In this document: piece after piece, positions 1 through 11,689 of the stretch
Layout of the letters: every line of letters begins with the position of its first letter
Position numbering within the stretch: the first letter of the stretch is position 1
NCBI GenBank assembly: GCA_034780895.1
Contig: JAUZTB010000063.1
Span: 15,686,504 to 15,750,503, forward strand
Length of the DNA: 64,000 bases
Source: Rhynchobatus australiae
Lineage: Eukaryota
Direction: 5' to 3'
Translations under genes and position numbers: made by a program
The notes under the pieces: model-generated
What the model saw: only the letters and a program-made list of their open reading frames with translations
Told to the model about the DNA's origin: nothing
The model's database searches: none

Positions 1-859
1 CAATGTCAATGTTAAATTTTTCACAAAAATTCTCTCTTTTCTTCTCATTCGTTCTCTGTATAATTCTAATACACTTTCAATGTTTATTTACTGATCTATT
101 TGTCCATAATAAGTCTTTGTTGTCCTTTTTCTTGATTGCGGTCAATTAAGATTTAGTCAAGTTTACATTTCCATTAAGTACTGGTTTGGTTTCTGTATGA
201 ACTCGATGTCATCCCAAGTATTAACAAAATTCTATAAAATGTGAAATCAGAACTGCAGGGTTGGTATAAAGGTTATGCATGTATCCACAAATGTTCCTTT
301 CCTTGATTATACTTCTGATAACAATATAATAGCAATAATCCCATCCCTCCAGTACCTATACACCCCAGTTTTGGCTTAAATTTCAACATATTGCTTCCTT
401 TTGTCAATTGTTGCCCTGCAAAATTGCTGATTTGCTATTTCCCAAATATTTTTCAGTAACTCCTTTAGCCAGTCCAAAAAATTCATTTCTCTCAGCCCCT
501 CATTGACTCTACATTGTCAAACATCTTATCCAACATACAGCACTGATGAACAGAAATTTCTTCACACTAAATACTGGATAGACTGAAGACATCCTCTAAA
601 ATTTGACACAGACTTTATCCCTCTGCCTGGTATTTGAAACTGAACAAGGGGGAATCTCCAGTTGCGTGTCAGTTCTGATCCAGTTCTGATCCTAACCACA
701 GAATCACTAAGTCTGCTTATTTTCTACCTCCATGATATAGTATGACCCTGCCACCTGCTCTCCTATTGCTGAAAGACTCAGCCATGCCCTTGTTACTTCC
801 AGAGTTGATGATTCAAATAAACTATTGACAGGGCTTCGATATTCTATCATTCACAAACT

Positions 860-1230
860 CGCGGTCATCCAAAATTCTGCTCATGTTCAAAATCACACCA
901 ATCACGTTTAACCATAACACTGATTATTCCCAACCAGGGCCCCCAGTTAAAAAGTGATGATTTCTAAAATTCTCACTATTGATTGCAAATCTCTCCATTG
1001 TCTCCCTTCCCCTTGTCTCTGCAATCTACTCCAGTCCTACAGTCCTCTGAGGTAAAAGGAGTACTTTTAAAAAGATTCTGACCTCCTGATCATCCCTCAA
1101 TTTAATTGCTCCACTGATTGCTGGAACTTGCTGCCTAAAAGTTGCCAAGGGCCTAAATTCAGAAATTCTCTCCCTAATATCTCCCCATTTCAACCCCTAT
1201 TTGCTTCTTTAAGCCACTCCCTAAAACCAA
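860..1230 (+). mobile_element. Degraded L2/CR1-clade LINE 3' fragment
   Basis: Shares motifs with 5505-5890 (catccaaaattctgc / cacccagaactcctctgc; cccagttaa; tttctaaaattctc / ttttgaaattctc), so it is an interspersed repeat. The family call is from recalled resemblance and boundaries are approximate. Confidence 0.45.
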
Positions 1231-1269
1231 CCATCGATCATGTTGTTGACAGGAAACTGGAAAGTTTTT

Positions 1270-2060
1270 GACTTAAGGAAAATAGAAATAGACTGGCCAA
1301 TTGGTCAGAAGAATGACAGATGGAATTTAATCCAGGCAAGTGAGGTAATACATTTTAGGATGTGCAACAAGAAAAAGTACAATAACTGGGAGGATATCGA
1401 GGTGTGGTGCAACAGAGGGATCTTGGAGTGTATGTTCATAACTGTGTTTAGGTAGCAAGCCAGGTCAAAAAGGTGGTTAAAAGGGTGAACAGGACACTTG
1501 CCCTGATTAGCCAAAGTAATACCACAGCAGGGAGGTTATGCCAGAAGCGTTAATAATGTTTGTCAGGCCACAGCTTGAACATTGTGATTGGTTCTTGTCA
1601 ACATATTAAATACATGATTGCACTGCAGAAGGTGCACAGGAGATTCATGAGGATATTGCCAGGAGTGGAAAATTGTAGCTATGAGGAAAGATTGGATAGG
1701 ATGAGGTTGTTCCCTTTGGAACAGAGAAGGCTGAGAGAAGGCTTAATTGGCCAATACAGGAAAAATACCTACATCCCTTTGCTGAGGATCAAAAGCCAGG
1801 AGAGACAGATTTGGAGTAATTGGCAAAAGGATTAGGAGGAAGAGGAGGATTTTTTTTCCACCCAAAGGGTGATAAGGGTAAAGAACTCACTGGCTGAAAG
1901 GGTAACAGAGGCTTTCCTGCAATCTTTCATCACTGCAGGTTTATGGATGAGGTGTTGGAAGCTGGGATTAGGTTGGCTAGCTGGTTTTTGATCAGCACAT
2001 ACGTGATGACTAAATTGTCTCCTTACATGGTATAAATATTGTGTGATTCTGGCCCCTTCA
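1270..2060 (+). mobile_element. Degraded CR1-like LINE (RT C-terminus and 3' UTR)
   Basis: Translation ALQKVHRRFMRILPGVENCSYEERLDRMRLFPLEQRRLR (ORF 1560-1835) resembles the CR1 ORF2 C-terminal motif. The region is frameshifted and decayed. Confidence 0.8.
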
Positions 2061-2428
2061 ACCAAATGGTCATCTATTTTATGTTTGTCTGTGCCTTGAT
2101 TAATGTGGTAATTGACCAGATATCGTTTCAGTGATGGTGGTTGAATCTGAATAATTTATACCATGGGAACTAAAGCTCAAGCACTAACACATTCATATTT
2201 TTACATTTATGAGATGCTTACAGTCCAGAACTCAATTGTGTAATTGTTATTATTGGAAGCTCATTCATGTTGTTTCAATGACAATTTACTTTGAGGTTGA
2301 GCAGGTTTTGCAGCAGTTCTTAACCCATCTCGCTCAACTGTTTGAGATGTTACATGTAGAGTCCAGGGGTGGGAAGGCTCTGCCAGAAAGATGACATTTT
2401 GACAATTTAAAATTTGATTCAAACGCAG

Positions 2429-2598
2429 GTGACCAGACGTGGAAACCTTGTGGACATCCACAACATCCCAACACTCCTGACTCTGGGAATAACGGCCTCT
2501 GTTCCATTCTTGCCTCTTCCAAATATCTTGATCATTGCCAGCAGAGACAGTGAATCCAAAGGCACGGACAGAGAAGAAGGATACATGAAGATAACCAG
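2429..2598 (+). CDS. GARIN1/FAM71F-like (Golgi-associated RAB2 interactor) internal exon A; the first coding exon is not found in this window
   Basis: cag|GTGACC...ACCAG|gtgata, 170 nt, phase 0 to 2. Encodes VTRRGNLVDIHNIPTLLTLGITASVPFLPLPNILIIAS...KITR, resembling the FAM71F motif LGVTSSVPxLPLPNILL. FAM71F1/F2 lie next to CALU in human. Confidence 0.8.
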
Positions 2599-2814
2599 GT
2601 GATAGTGAGAGAAATAGTTTTCCTAAATTGCTGATTCAATCTTTGATAAATCTGTTGGTTACTCGTAAGAGATTTCTGTGAATTAGCAAGGTTCCAGTCC
2701 TAATTCCCCAGGGATAGGGATGCTAAAGATAGCTCCAGGATTGCTAAGCCACAGAGTCATAGAATCCTACAGCACAGAATGAGGCCCTTTCAGCCCACAT
2801 TGACCACTAGCTCA

Positions 2815-2998
2815 TGCTCCTCCACCCACCCTTTTATTCTGGCTTCTGCCTTCTTTCTTTCCAGTCCTGATGAAGGGTCTTGGCCTGAAACATTGACTGT
2901 TCCTTTCCCTCCATAGATGGTGCCTGACTTGCTGAGTTCCTCCAGCATCTTGTGCGTGTTGCTCCAGATTTCCAGCATCTGTAGCCTCTCGTGTCTCC
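2815..2998 (+). mobile_element. Penelope-like element terminal repeat with decayed hammerhead motif
   Basis: CAGTC-CTGATGA-AGGGTCTTGGCCT-GAAAC-ATT-GACTG at 2862-2899, followed by cctgacttgctgagttcctccagcat...ttccagcatctg. Related copies occur at 3110-3210, 8250-8340, 11018-11179, 45610-45690, 48300-48420 and 50050-50155. Confidence 0.65.
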
Positions 2999-3571
2999 AT
3001 TATTATGAAGAAATATAGTTTTCCAGCCTAACACAGACTTCCTTTGTTTTTCATTTATCTCCTCTCCTCTTCATTTGCATCTTAAAACTTATTACATCTC
3101 TAAGTATTTTCTGGTGCTGAAAAAAGGCCATCAACTGAAACATTAACTCTGCACAGATGCTGCCTTGTCTCCAGACAATTTCCAACAGTTTTTGTTTTGG
3201 ATTTCCAGCATCCATATTATTTAAATTTTGTTTTTGTGAGTTGCTGTGCAGGGGTGGGGTTCCAGTTAGAAATTTCAAACACTAAGCTTGATAGGACTTT
3301 TTATGCAAGGCTATTAACCAATGTAGAAAAAAAGGAGTTGAGGTATGGACTGATTCTGGGAACTGAATGACCTGAAAAAATTGGAGAGATTAAATTTTCT
3401 ATTGTGGAGCTTCAATGATTTTTAAATAATAGTTCCAGATTTCTACTTCACTTTTAAATGGGTTAATTCCTCTATTAAAACAGAGAACATAAAGGATAAC
3501 ATGTCATATAACAAATAACATTCAGAAATCACCTGGTACCATCATGGTAATTCATGAAGTTCAACCTGTAG

Positions 3572-3865
3572 AGATTTAAGATATCTTTATTAGTCACATG
3601 TATATTGAAACACACAGTGAAATGCATCTTTGCATAGTGTGTTCTGTGGGCAGCCTGTAAGTGTCTCCACACTTCCGGCGCCAACATAGCGTGCCCACAA
3701 CTCCCTAACCTGTATGTCTTTGGAATGTGGGAGGAAACCGGAGCACCCGGAGGAAACCCATACAGACATGGGGAGAGCATACAAACTCCTTACAGACAGT
3801 GGCCGGATTTGAACCCAGGTCACTGGCACTGTAAAGCGTTACGCTAACCACCACACTACTGTGCC
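3572..3865 (-). mobile_element. tRNA-derived SINE (HE1/V-SINE-like), near full length
   Basis: The minus-strand head has a B-box-like GGGTTCAAATCC. The central core reads tgtgggaggaaaccggagcacccggaggaaaccca on +. It is flanked by a (cc)tgtag direct repeat at 3565-3571 and 3864-3870, a candidate TSD. Confidence 0.85.
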
Positions 3866-4395
3866 TGTAGTTTTCAATCATGGTGGTCCTGTCCCAGAAC
3901 CTAGCAATAGAGCTGTTTGAATGATGGAATCAGATATATGGTACAACAGAGGGCCTTGATCAGCATTGTCACTATTTTCCTGAAATGGCACCCAACCAGA
4001 GGCCTGGATGGATGGAACAAAAAGTTTTCATTGTGTGTTCTTACTAACGCTTTAATCCATATGGCTTTACTTTGCACAGTGGACTGGTTTTGTCCACTGA
4101 ATAAGGAATCAAAGTGCCACTCCTTAACAGAAATAAATTATTCAATTGCTCCCAGCCAATCAAGGGGAAATTGAGCAAGATTCCAAGGGTGATGAAAATA
4201 TCCTCCAGGGGCTCCCGAGGCAACTGAGCTCTTGACTTCTCTCGTTGTGTCTTCTAATTTGGTGATACTGCACTGTGGGCCAAGGCCTTCTGTTGGATTT
4301 ATGAAAAACTCTGTATTCAAAACATGAAGCAACAAAGTATCAGAGTACAGATTTTAGGATGAATCCTTGTTTTGTTTTTGTCTTTGATTTAAAAG

Positions 4396-4875
4396 GATGC
4401 TTCCCATGAAGTTGGTCAGATTGAGTGTACACGCAAAGGTCAGTCGCTGTTTAAAGCTGGTCCTGGCCAATCGAAGCACCTTCTACCTCCAGCTCCAGGA
4501 CAAGCACCCTAACCATGTCTTCAAGCTCTGGAAAGAACTTATTCACATAATTTATGCTGGACTCTCTATAACATTCAAAGATGCCAATATCAACCTCCCG
4601 AAGACCTCTTTGTGTGATTCAAGGAGCTCCTCGACCTCTGTCATTAGCTCTGAGAAATTCACCTATGAGGCTCAGAAATCCTGCCGGAACATTCCCATCA
4701 GGAGTAACATTACAGCAAATTCTAAAATAGGAGTTTGGAAAAGAAACAAGATTTTGGTTGGAAAGGAAACACATGATGGCTCTGACGATGCTCCCAGTAC
4801 TGTATCTTCCAGAAGCACACTCAAAGCGCAGTCATTTTCTGGAAAGAATAATGACAAAGTTTTCAGGAGAGATTG
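4396..4875 (+). CDS. GARIN1/FAM71F-like exon B (conserved domain core plus Ser-rich region)
   Basis: aaaag|G ATG CTT CCC completes the AG|G Arg codon from exon A. Encodes MLPMKLVRLSVH...LKLVLANRSTFYLQL...HPNHVFKLWKELIHIIYAGLSITFKD, resembling FAM71F LPLxFV...YYLKL...HPETVFHFW...GLSITTKD. Ends at TG|gtaagg (phase 2). Confidence 0.85.
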
Positions 4876-5504
4876 GTAAGGAATCCTTAGAGTAGAGTAG
4901 TTCAAAAAAAGAATTGCACCTTTTCTCAATATCTTTCTGCATGAGCCACCTACCATTGTGTAGCAGGTTCATGTCACATTTCAGATTCAAATACAAAGTG
5001 GACCAAGGCACTGCTGGGGTGCTGCTCTGGGCCAGTGTGACAGATACCTTCTCAGGGTCAGTGGAGTCAGTCACTCCATAAATAATCTGAGATTTTATAT
5101 AGTGACAGTTAAACTGCACTGCTTTTTTTTTACGCAAATAAATAGTGGGAAGACCATTTCCTACATCCTTGCTACAAAATCCACTCCTCTTCTTGACAAT
5201 TGTCCAAAGCTGAGTTGTGATGTCATATTTGACTATGAGGTGAGATTTCAATCACAGAACATAACAGCACCAAATCCATTTATTCCCACCTCTGTTTCTG
5301 CAAAAGTTCGTGAGGGTGGCTATCCATTATTTTTCTCAAGAAAACAAAGCCAGTAACCTGAAAAATGAACTAAAATAAAAAAAAAACTGTGCCCCTGCTT
5401 AGTTAACTTGCTGCTGAAACTTTCGTCCATTCAGTTTTAGATCTAGACTTTACTTTTCTAATATATTTCTGGTTAGCTTCCCAGGTTTTAGTCTCTGTAA
5501 AGAG

Positions 5505-5890
5505 GTCACCCAGAACTCCTCTGCCCTGTTCAACCATTAACTCTGTGCTTGATGACTTGTATTAGCTCCCAGTTAAGCCACACATTAATTTTGAAATTCT
5601 CAATTTTTTCAGACCATCCCCCTCAGTAATCTCCTCCAATCTGATACCAGCATTCTTCTAATTTGGGCCTCTCAATCACTTCTGATTTTAATCACTTTCA
5701 TCTACCAAGACTGTAAGCACTGGAGTTTCCTCCATAAACAACCACCTCTCTCTGGATGAGGATCCTTTTCTTGACTTCTAGTCATTTTCCCTAAACTACC
5801 CTATGTGGCTCAGTGACAAATCTTGCTTGATTATATTACTATGAATAACCATAGGATATTCTATTATGGTAAATAAATGCAAGTTGTTCT
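5505..5890 (+). mobile_element. Degraded L2/CR1-clade LINE 3' fragment
   Basis: Similar to 860-1230 and ends in ataaatgcaagttg, a tail motif also seen at ~7236-7248. Confidence 0.45.
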
Positions 5891-7719
5891 TGTGCACATT
5901 GCTGAGAGCTGTAAGTAAAGGATCTCTGTGATCTGGGCTCTGTTTTGTTTTCTACACAATGATCCTTCAATCCCCATAAAGGTAGATAAGAGTTTGCATA
6001 GCAACAGATGGCAGGTTCAGAGAAGGAAAATCATCCCAAAAGCATTTTATGGGAGCATTTTCAACTAGTTTGGAAAGAACAAGCGAGATCCTCAGGGGAT
6101 ACCTGAGATAATGTGTGTAAAGAGAAGCCATTGCTGGTGACTCTCTAGTCTTGACTGCGAAGATAAGAATATAACCAGGTAACTGCAGTTCCATCCAGCT
6201 GGATAAGAGTGGAGGGTTGATTGAGGAAGGTGGTGTGATCAACCATGTCAAAGGCTACATATAGGATAAGATGATATCTTACCTTTGCCAGTGTCACATG
6301 TCATCAGAGCTATTTTGGAACACTGACGGGAATAAGTTTAAGTGGAATGATTTCAACAAGGAGCTGTGGGTGAAATGGACATGAATTTAGGAAGGTGCAA
6401 CTTAAAGTTTAAACTGTGATCTCTTTAATTCCACTTTAACATTTAAGGTGCCAAAAATATTTTAAATAACTCTTTATCCCCCCCCCCAATGGTTAATTAT
6501 TGGAAGCTACTAGACTATTATCCAGGAACAAAGTTAAAGTCCCACCATAGCAATAGTGAATTTCAATACAATTAATTAATTAAATTTGAAAGAAGGAAAT
6601 TTATTATAGCAGTGACCATGAAGCAAATGGATTCTCATGAAAATCCCCTTTGTAAGAAAAATTGCTCTCCTTCCCAACCTGGCCATATGTGATTTCAGAC
6701 CTATAGTAATGTAGTTGGTTCCAGGATAATAAGGGATTGGCAATAAATGATGGCTTTGGCAGTGACATCCATATCCCCTAAATGAATATAAAAATGGAAA
6801 CATCTTGCTTGATTGGTGCAACTCAAGATTCTACAAGTTTTGGCCATTCCAATATTGGAATTTTCTGCTGGTTGATTTATCAAGACCAACCCCTCTGTTC
6901 CACAGAACTGGGACATTACCTCCTGTCTTTGATGCTGTTTGCAGTTTGGTTGCTTGGACAGGGTCCTGCTTCAAGATGCTAGAAGGCTCCTTTGATATCT
7001 CAGGTACTGCGTCAAAAATGACTGTCCCTCACTTTCTTTTTTCAGGGACATCCAATCCTTATAGAGTTCAAAGTATTTTAAAATACAATGAGGAGAGTTT
7101 TTTTTTCCTCTGTAGACATAGTCAAGTCTATTGCAATATTTGGTGACACCTCCAAACTCTATGTCTGCCATCTGTTTCTCCTTTTATTCATGTTAAACAT
7201 CCCAGGATATTTTTCCTACATTGAAAAGGCTGCATAAATGCAAGTTGATTAAATAAATAAATATTGGAGCATTGTTAATAGTCAGCATGTATAGAATGCT
7301 CAGTGCCTCCTCTCTCATGGAACATCAGCCAACAATATATAATGCAAGCAATTACATAATCACCATTTTAAAGAAATGAAGTGTCCTTGCATCAGAAAGG
7401 GAAATCAGATAGCAGACAATACAAGTGGTCAACAGTATAACATTACAAATGGCACTGCATGTAACTGTCAGCCCAACACTAATGCAAGTGCTGCCAATCT
7501 AATACACATTGCATATGGTGCCAGTCTGGTATTCGTTGTAAACAATAACCCATCTAACATACAGTACAAATAGTGCCCGATTCTGGATCAACAGTGAGGA
7601 GCTACAAATGACTGGCCATTACTGTTGATGTTGTAAGTTGAGAAAGCCTCACTTCAGACAAATGTTGGAGTTTTCTGCAGTTAACATGTCAGAATGATAA
7701 TAGAGTGTATTTCTATCAG

Positions 7720-7799
7720 GGTCCTTGATACTCAGGAGCCTCAAAGAATACGGACAAGAACTGAACAACTGCTAGATGTGAAAGAAGAAAAAAGCCCAG
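7720..7799 (+). CDS. GARIN1-like putative exon C (80 nt)
   Basis: tttctatcag|G...CCCAG|gtacca. The frame is open (W-VLDTQEPQRIRTRTEQLLDVKEEKSP-G). Phase 2 in and phase 1 out exactly bridge exon B (4875) and exon D (9369). No homology support. Confidence 0.55.
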
Positions 7800-8339
7800 G
7801 TACCAGAAAACAAAATAGTTTCCATCTAAACTCATATTAGATTGTTGGAGATGTCTGTGGGAATCAAGGGCTGAATATTTATGTGTCTGTGCACATTGTT
7901 ACAAATCATAAGGATATGCATATCGAAAGTTTGACTTGCAAACTACTTTCTAATTTTAATTCATATTTCCCAGGGCCTCAGTGTTGCAATTTTTCAGCTC
8001 ACTTGGTCTTCCCTTCCTCTAACAATCTACATGCAGCCTTTCAAAATAACATCTTAATAAATTTATCTTCCACTCTGCCTTTTCAAAGGTCTGAGAGATA
8101 TGTGATAACAGACAATGCTCAAGTCTCTTTATATGAATATATATATGGAATATCATGTGGAAAAATGTGAGATCATCCACTTTAGGGTAAAATACAAAAA
8201 AAAAGAGTATTTTTGAAATGAGGAGAGTTCGAAAGACATTGATGTTCACAGAATAAAAACAAAAAATGCTCAACAGGTGAGACAGCGTCTGTAGGAAGAG
8301 AAACAGAATTAACATTTCATGTCAAAGACCTTTCATGAG

Positions 8340-8740
8340 ACCCTGTACCATTGCAGCAAAACACCCTTGCTCCTGTACTCAAATTCTCTTGCAATGAAGG
8401 CTAACATACCACTTGCCTTCTAACTCTTAACTGTGCCTGCATGTTTGCATTCTGTGTAAGGACCAAAACAAAGATACCAAATTATCTTTGTGCAGCAACA
8501 CTTGCCAATCAACCACTATTTAAATGATATGTTCCCTCTGTTTATCGAAGAGGAAAATGATATGTTACCGCAGTGGAAAATTTCACAGATAATTTCACAT
8601 TTATCCACATTATACTGCACGTGCCTTTTTTTTTGCCTTGGTCCTCAATCTGCTTCTTTGCATCCTCCTCACAATTCACAACGCATCCTTGTCTTCAGCA
8701 AACTTCAACATAATACATTTGGTTCCCACATGCAAACTCA
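8340..8740 (-). mobile_element. CR1-like LINE RT fragment
   Basis: ccctgtaccattgcagcaaaacacccttgctcctgtactcaaat...gaaggctaacatacca; similar text at 41020-41090 and 12230-12290. Confidence 0.6.
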
Positions 8741-9368
8741 GTGGGTCCAGTGGCATCTGTGGGGGGAGCAAAATTGTCAATTTTATGGCTTGAGACCCTG
8801 GATCAGGACAATTATACATCTGGATAGGCATGGAATGATAGGCATCAATCATTGTTTAATACCATCTTTTATCCACCTTCCACTCTGGCCTTGTCCTTTT
8901 ACCTGGAGTTCTCAATAATAAAAATACCAGCTTACGGGTATGGATAAACTCAGCTAAGGGACTTGTTTCTGGTCATTTACTGAAGGAGTTAATTAGTCTT
9001 TTACTCATAGTCTGCTCTCTTCACAAAAATCCAAAATATAACAATGGAATAGTGAGAAGCACATTCAGCCAGGTCTTCCTATCTACTAGGGTGCTTGAAC
9101 ACTCAGTAGGGACATCCAATGTGTATTGGACCATCTTCACTAAAACTAATCATAATTCAGGCCAACAAACCAATTCTAAAGGCATGTTAGGAAACTCCAA
9201 TCATTGAGATTACCTGAATGTTTTGCTTACATTTAAAGTTGATGTTAGTTTGAAAAGAACATGTATCTTTCTAAACTTAAGTTATTGATAAGGATAAACA
9301 ATGAGATTGGGGCTCTGATATCTGACACTCGTGTGTTTCACGATGACATCAGTTCGCTTTGTGTGTAG

Positions 9369-9670
9369 GAGACGAGTGGGAAGAGATTATTGAAAGATGC
9401 TCGTGTGACCACTGTAAAACATGCAATCAAGTCTTGACACTACACACCATACCCTGTAAACAGAAACAAACTGGGGATGAAGAACAAGAGGATGAAGAGG
9501 AAGGAGGAGGAAGAGGAGGAGAAGAAGAAGAAGAAGAAGAAGAAGGGGAGACCAACACCTTTGAGGCAGAAGATGAAGACCGCACATACTTTGGACTCTG
9601 GGAACGTGACAGACCAACATTGATGCCACTCTCCAGGCTGAGTAGCCTCATTGCTGTTGGACTGAGATAG
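9369..9670 (+). CDS. GARIN1-like putative terminal exon D (Cys/His cluster plus poly-Glu tract)
   Basis: gtgtgtag|GA GAC GAG TGG, open to TAG at 9668-9670. Encodes DEWEEIIERCSCDHCKTC...DEEQEDEEEGGGRGGEEEEEEEEGE...AVGLR. ATTAAA (~9715) and AATAAA (~9853) follow. Confidence 0.55.
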
Positions 9671-10739
9671 TTTGAATTTACTTTTTTTTGGAAGGCAGAT
9701 TCTGTTAGATTTATATTAAAAAATATCTTTAACCTAGATGCATCTATATATCATAATTATTTTTAATTGCACCCTCGAACAATTTCAGCATCAAACAATT
9801 TTTCCTAGTTTATCAAGTAATTCCATGTCACTATAAAATGCTTGAGAAACAGAATAAAGGTATCTGCACCCTATACAGGCAAACACTCTGAGGGCAAACA
9901 CAACACAAGCTGAATTAAAAATATAGTTGTTTACACGAGCCCAACAAATAGTTCCAGGACAGGAAAAAGATGCAGCATAGAAATAACTCCAAAATGTCCC
10001 ATCAAACATTCCCAGATCAGGGCACAGCCATTGTTCACTGTGCAACACAAATTTGATCAAGACATTTTGAATGGTCCACATAACTTTGGTGAAAGATCAG
10101 TGTTTATGTATTGTATTCAGGGTGTCACAAGTTATAGCTGCCACAATGGAGAACGTACAAAGAAATTCCCAGCAAAACTCTTTCTGCACACTCCCATTAT
10201 ATGTGTCTAAGGTAAGTATAATACATCACAGAGATAGAATAAATTTTCCTTATGCAATGTATACTAGATGTCACTCTATATCATCCTATTGAACATTCCC
10301 TTGTCAGGTGTAGCATGGAATGGACATAGCATTGATACCCTCCAAGTTACACACCATTTTGATATGAAGGAATATTGCTGTTCATTCGTCTTCACTGGAT
10401 CTAGTCCTTAAATTGCCAACACTTACCAGAAGTACTGGAGCAGTTTAATAAGCTGACCATTACCATCCCTCGGGTAATTAGAGAGCAATAAATACTAGCC
10501 AGGCCAATAGTGCCTGAATCTCAAATAAAAATGCTAAAATTCCTAAACTTTCCCATCAAGCTCTTCCAGGTCAGATGTTGTACAAATGAAAAACAGATTA
10601 AAGCCGCCTCTGCACTGTTTACACGTCAGCTCCAGGACAGGGATACATGAAATCCATGAAAGTTGTACTGGAAACTTTTTGATGTTACACCCATTAAATA
10701 AAAATCTAACTATTGACCAGACAGCTTTTGGATAAATTC

Positions 10740-11660
10740 CTAGAGACCATAATCCAGTATAAGTACAGTAAGGTTATCCACTTCAGTAGAAAAAAGAGAT
10801 GCTGGGCATTTTCTAAACAGTGAGAAATTGGGAAGTGTTGATGTCCAAAAGAACCTGGATATTCTTGAAAATAAGTCACTGAAAGCTAACATTAAGGTAA
10901 GGCAGACAGTTAAGAAGGCAAGTAGTATGTTGGTTGTTATTACTAAAGGGTATGAGTGAAGACTTCTATCATAAAAGGTCTTGGTGAGACTACACCTGGA
11001 ATATTTTGTATAATCTTATGATGCTGGAGGAACTTGGCAGGCCAGGCAGCATCCATGGAGAAAAGCAGGCGCTCAGCATTGAGCATCTGCTTTTCTCCAC
11101 ACATGCCGCCTGGCCTGCTGAGTTCTTCCAGCATCATTTTTCATCTAGATTCCAGCATCTGCAGTCCTTTACTTCTTTCGTATAACCTTGATCTCTAACA
11201 AAAAAAACTTGCTATAGAGGGAATGCTACAAAGATTCACCAGAATGGTTTTCCTAGGAGAAGATCTGTCTAATGAGAAGATACTGACTAGACTAAGGCTC
11301 GTTTCTTTAGAGATTAGAAGAATGAGTAATGGCTTCAGTAAAAATACAGAAGTTTTAGAAAGCTCAACAGCATATCTGAGGATTGTTTCCCCTTGCTGAG
11401 GTGTTTAGACAACAGGGTTATNNNNNNNNNNNNNNNNNNNNNNNNNNNNNNNNNNNNNNNNNNNNNNNNNNNNNNNNNNNNNNNNNNNNNNNNNNNNNNN
11501 NNNNNNNNNNNNNNNNNNNNNTTATAGCCTCAAATTAAGAGGTAGGCTATTTTGGTCTGAACTGAAGAGAATTTTCTTCAATTAAAGGATGGCAAATCTT
11601 TGGAATTCTAGACCATGGAAGGCCATGGAGTTTCTGACATTGATTTCACTCAAAATTGAG
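10740..11660 (+). mobile_element. CR1-like LINE 3' fragment, interrupted by a hairpin insertion and a gap
   Basis: CR1-type RT-end text (ttggtgagactacacctggaata; agattcaccagaatg; tctttagagattagaagaatgag; aatctttggaattct). Confidence 0.7.
11018..11179. mobile_element. Penelope-like terminal-repeat insertion forming a ~58-bp-arm inverted repeat, with 10-bp TSD
   Basis: Arms at 11018-11075 and 11080-11137 are reverse complements with ~9 mismatches around a 4-nt loop. Flanks are gtataatctt (11008-11017) and gtataacctt (11180-11189). Confidence 0.7.
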
Positions 11661-11689
11661 ATTGTTAGTTTTTCTGGAATATGGGAAGA

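Noticed and set aside
9387-9651. Minus-strand poly-Leu and poly-Ser ORFs
   Set aside because: They are antisense shadows of the GAA/GAG-rich tract, which is better explained as the + strand terminal exon.
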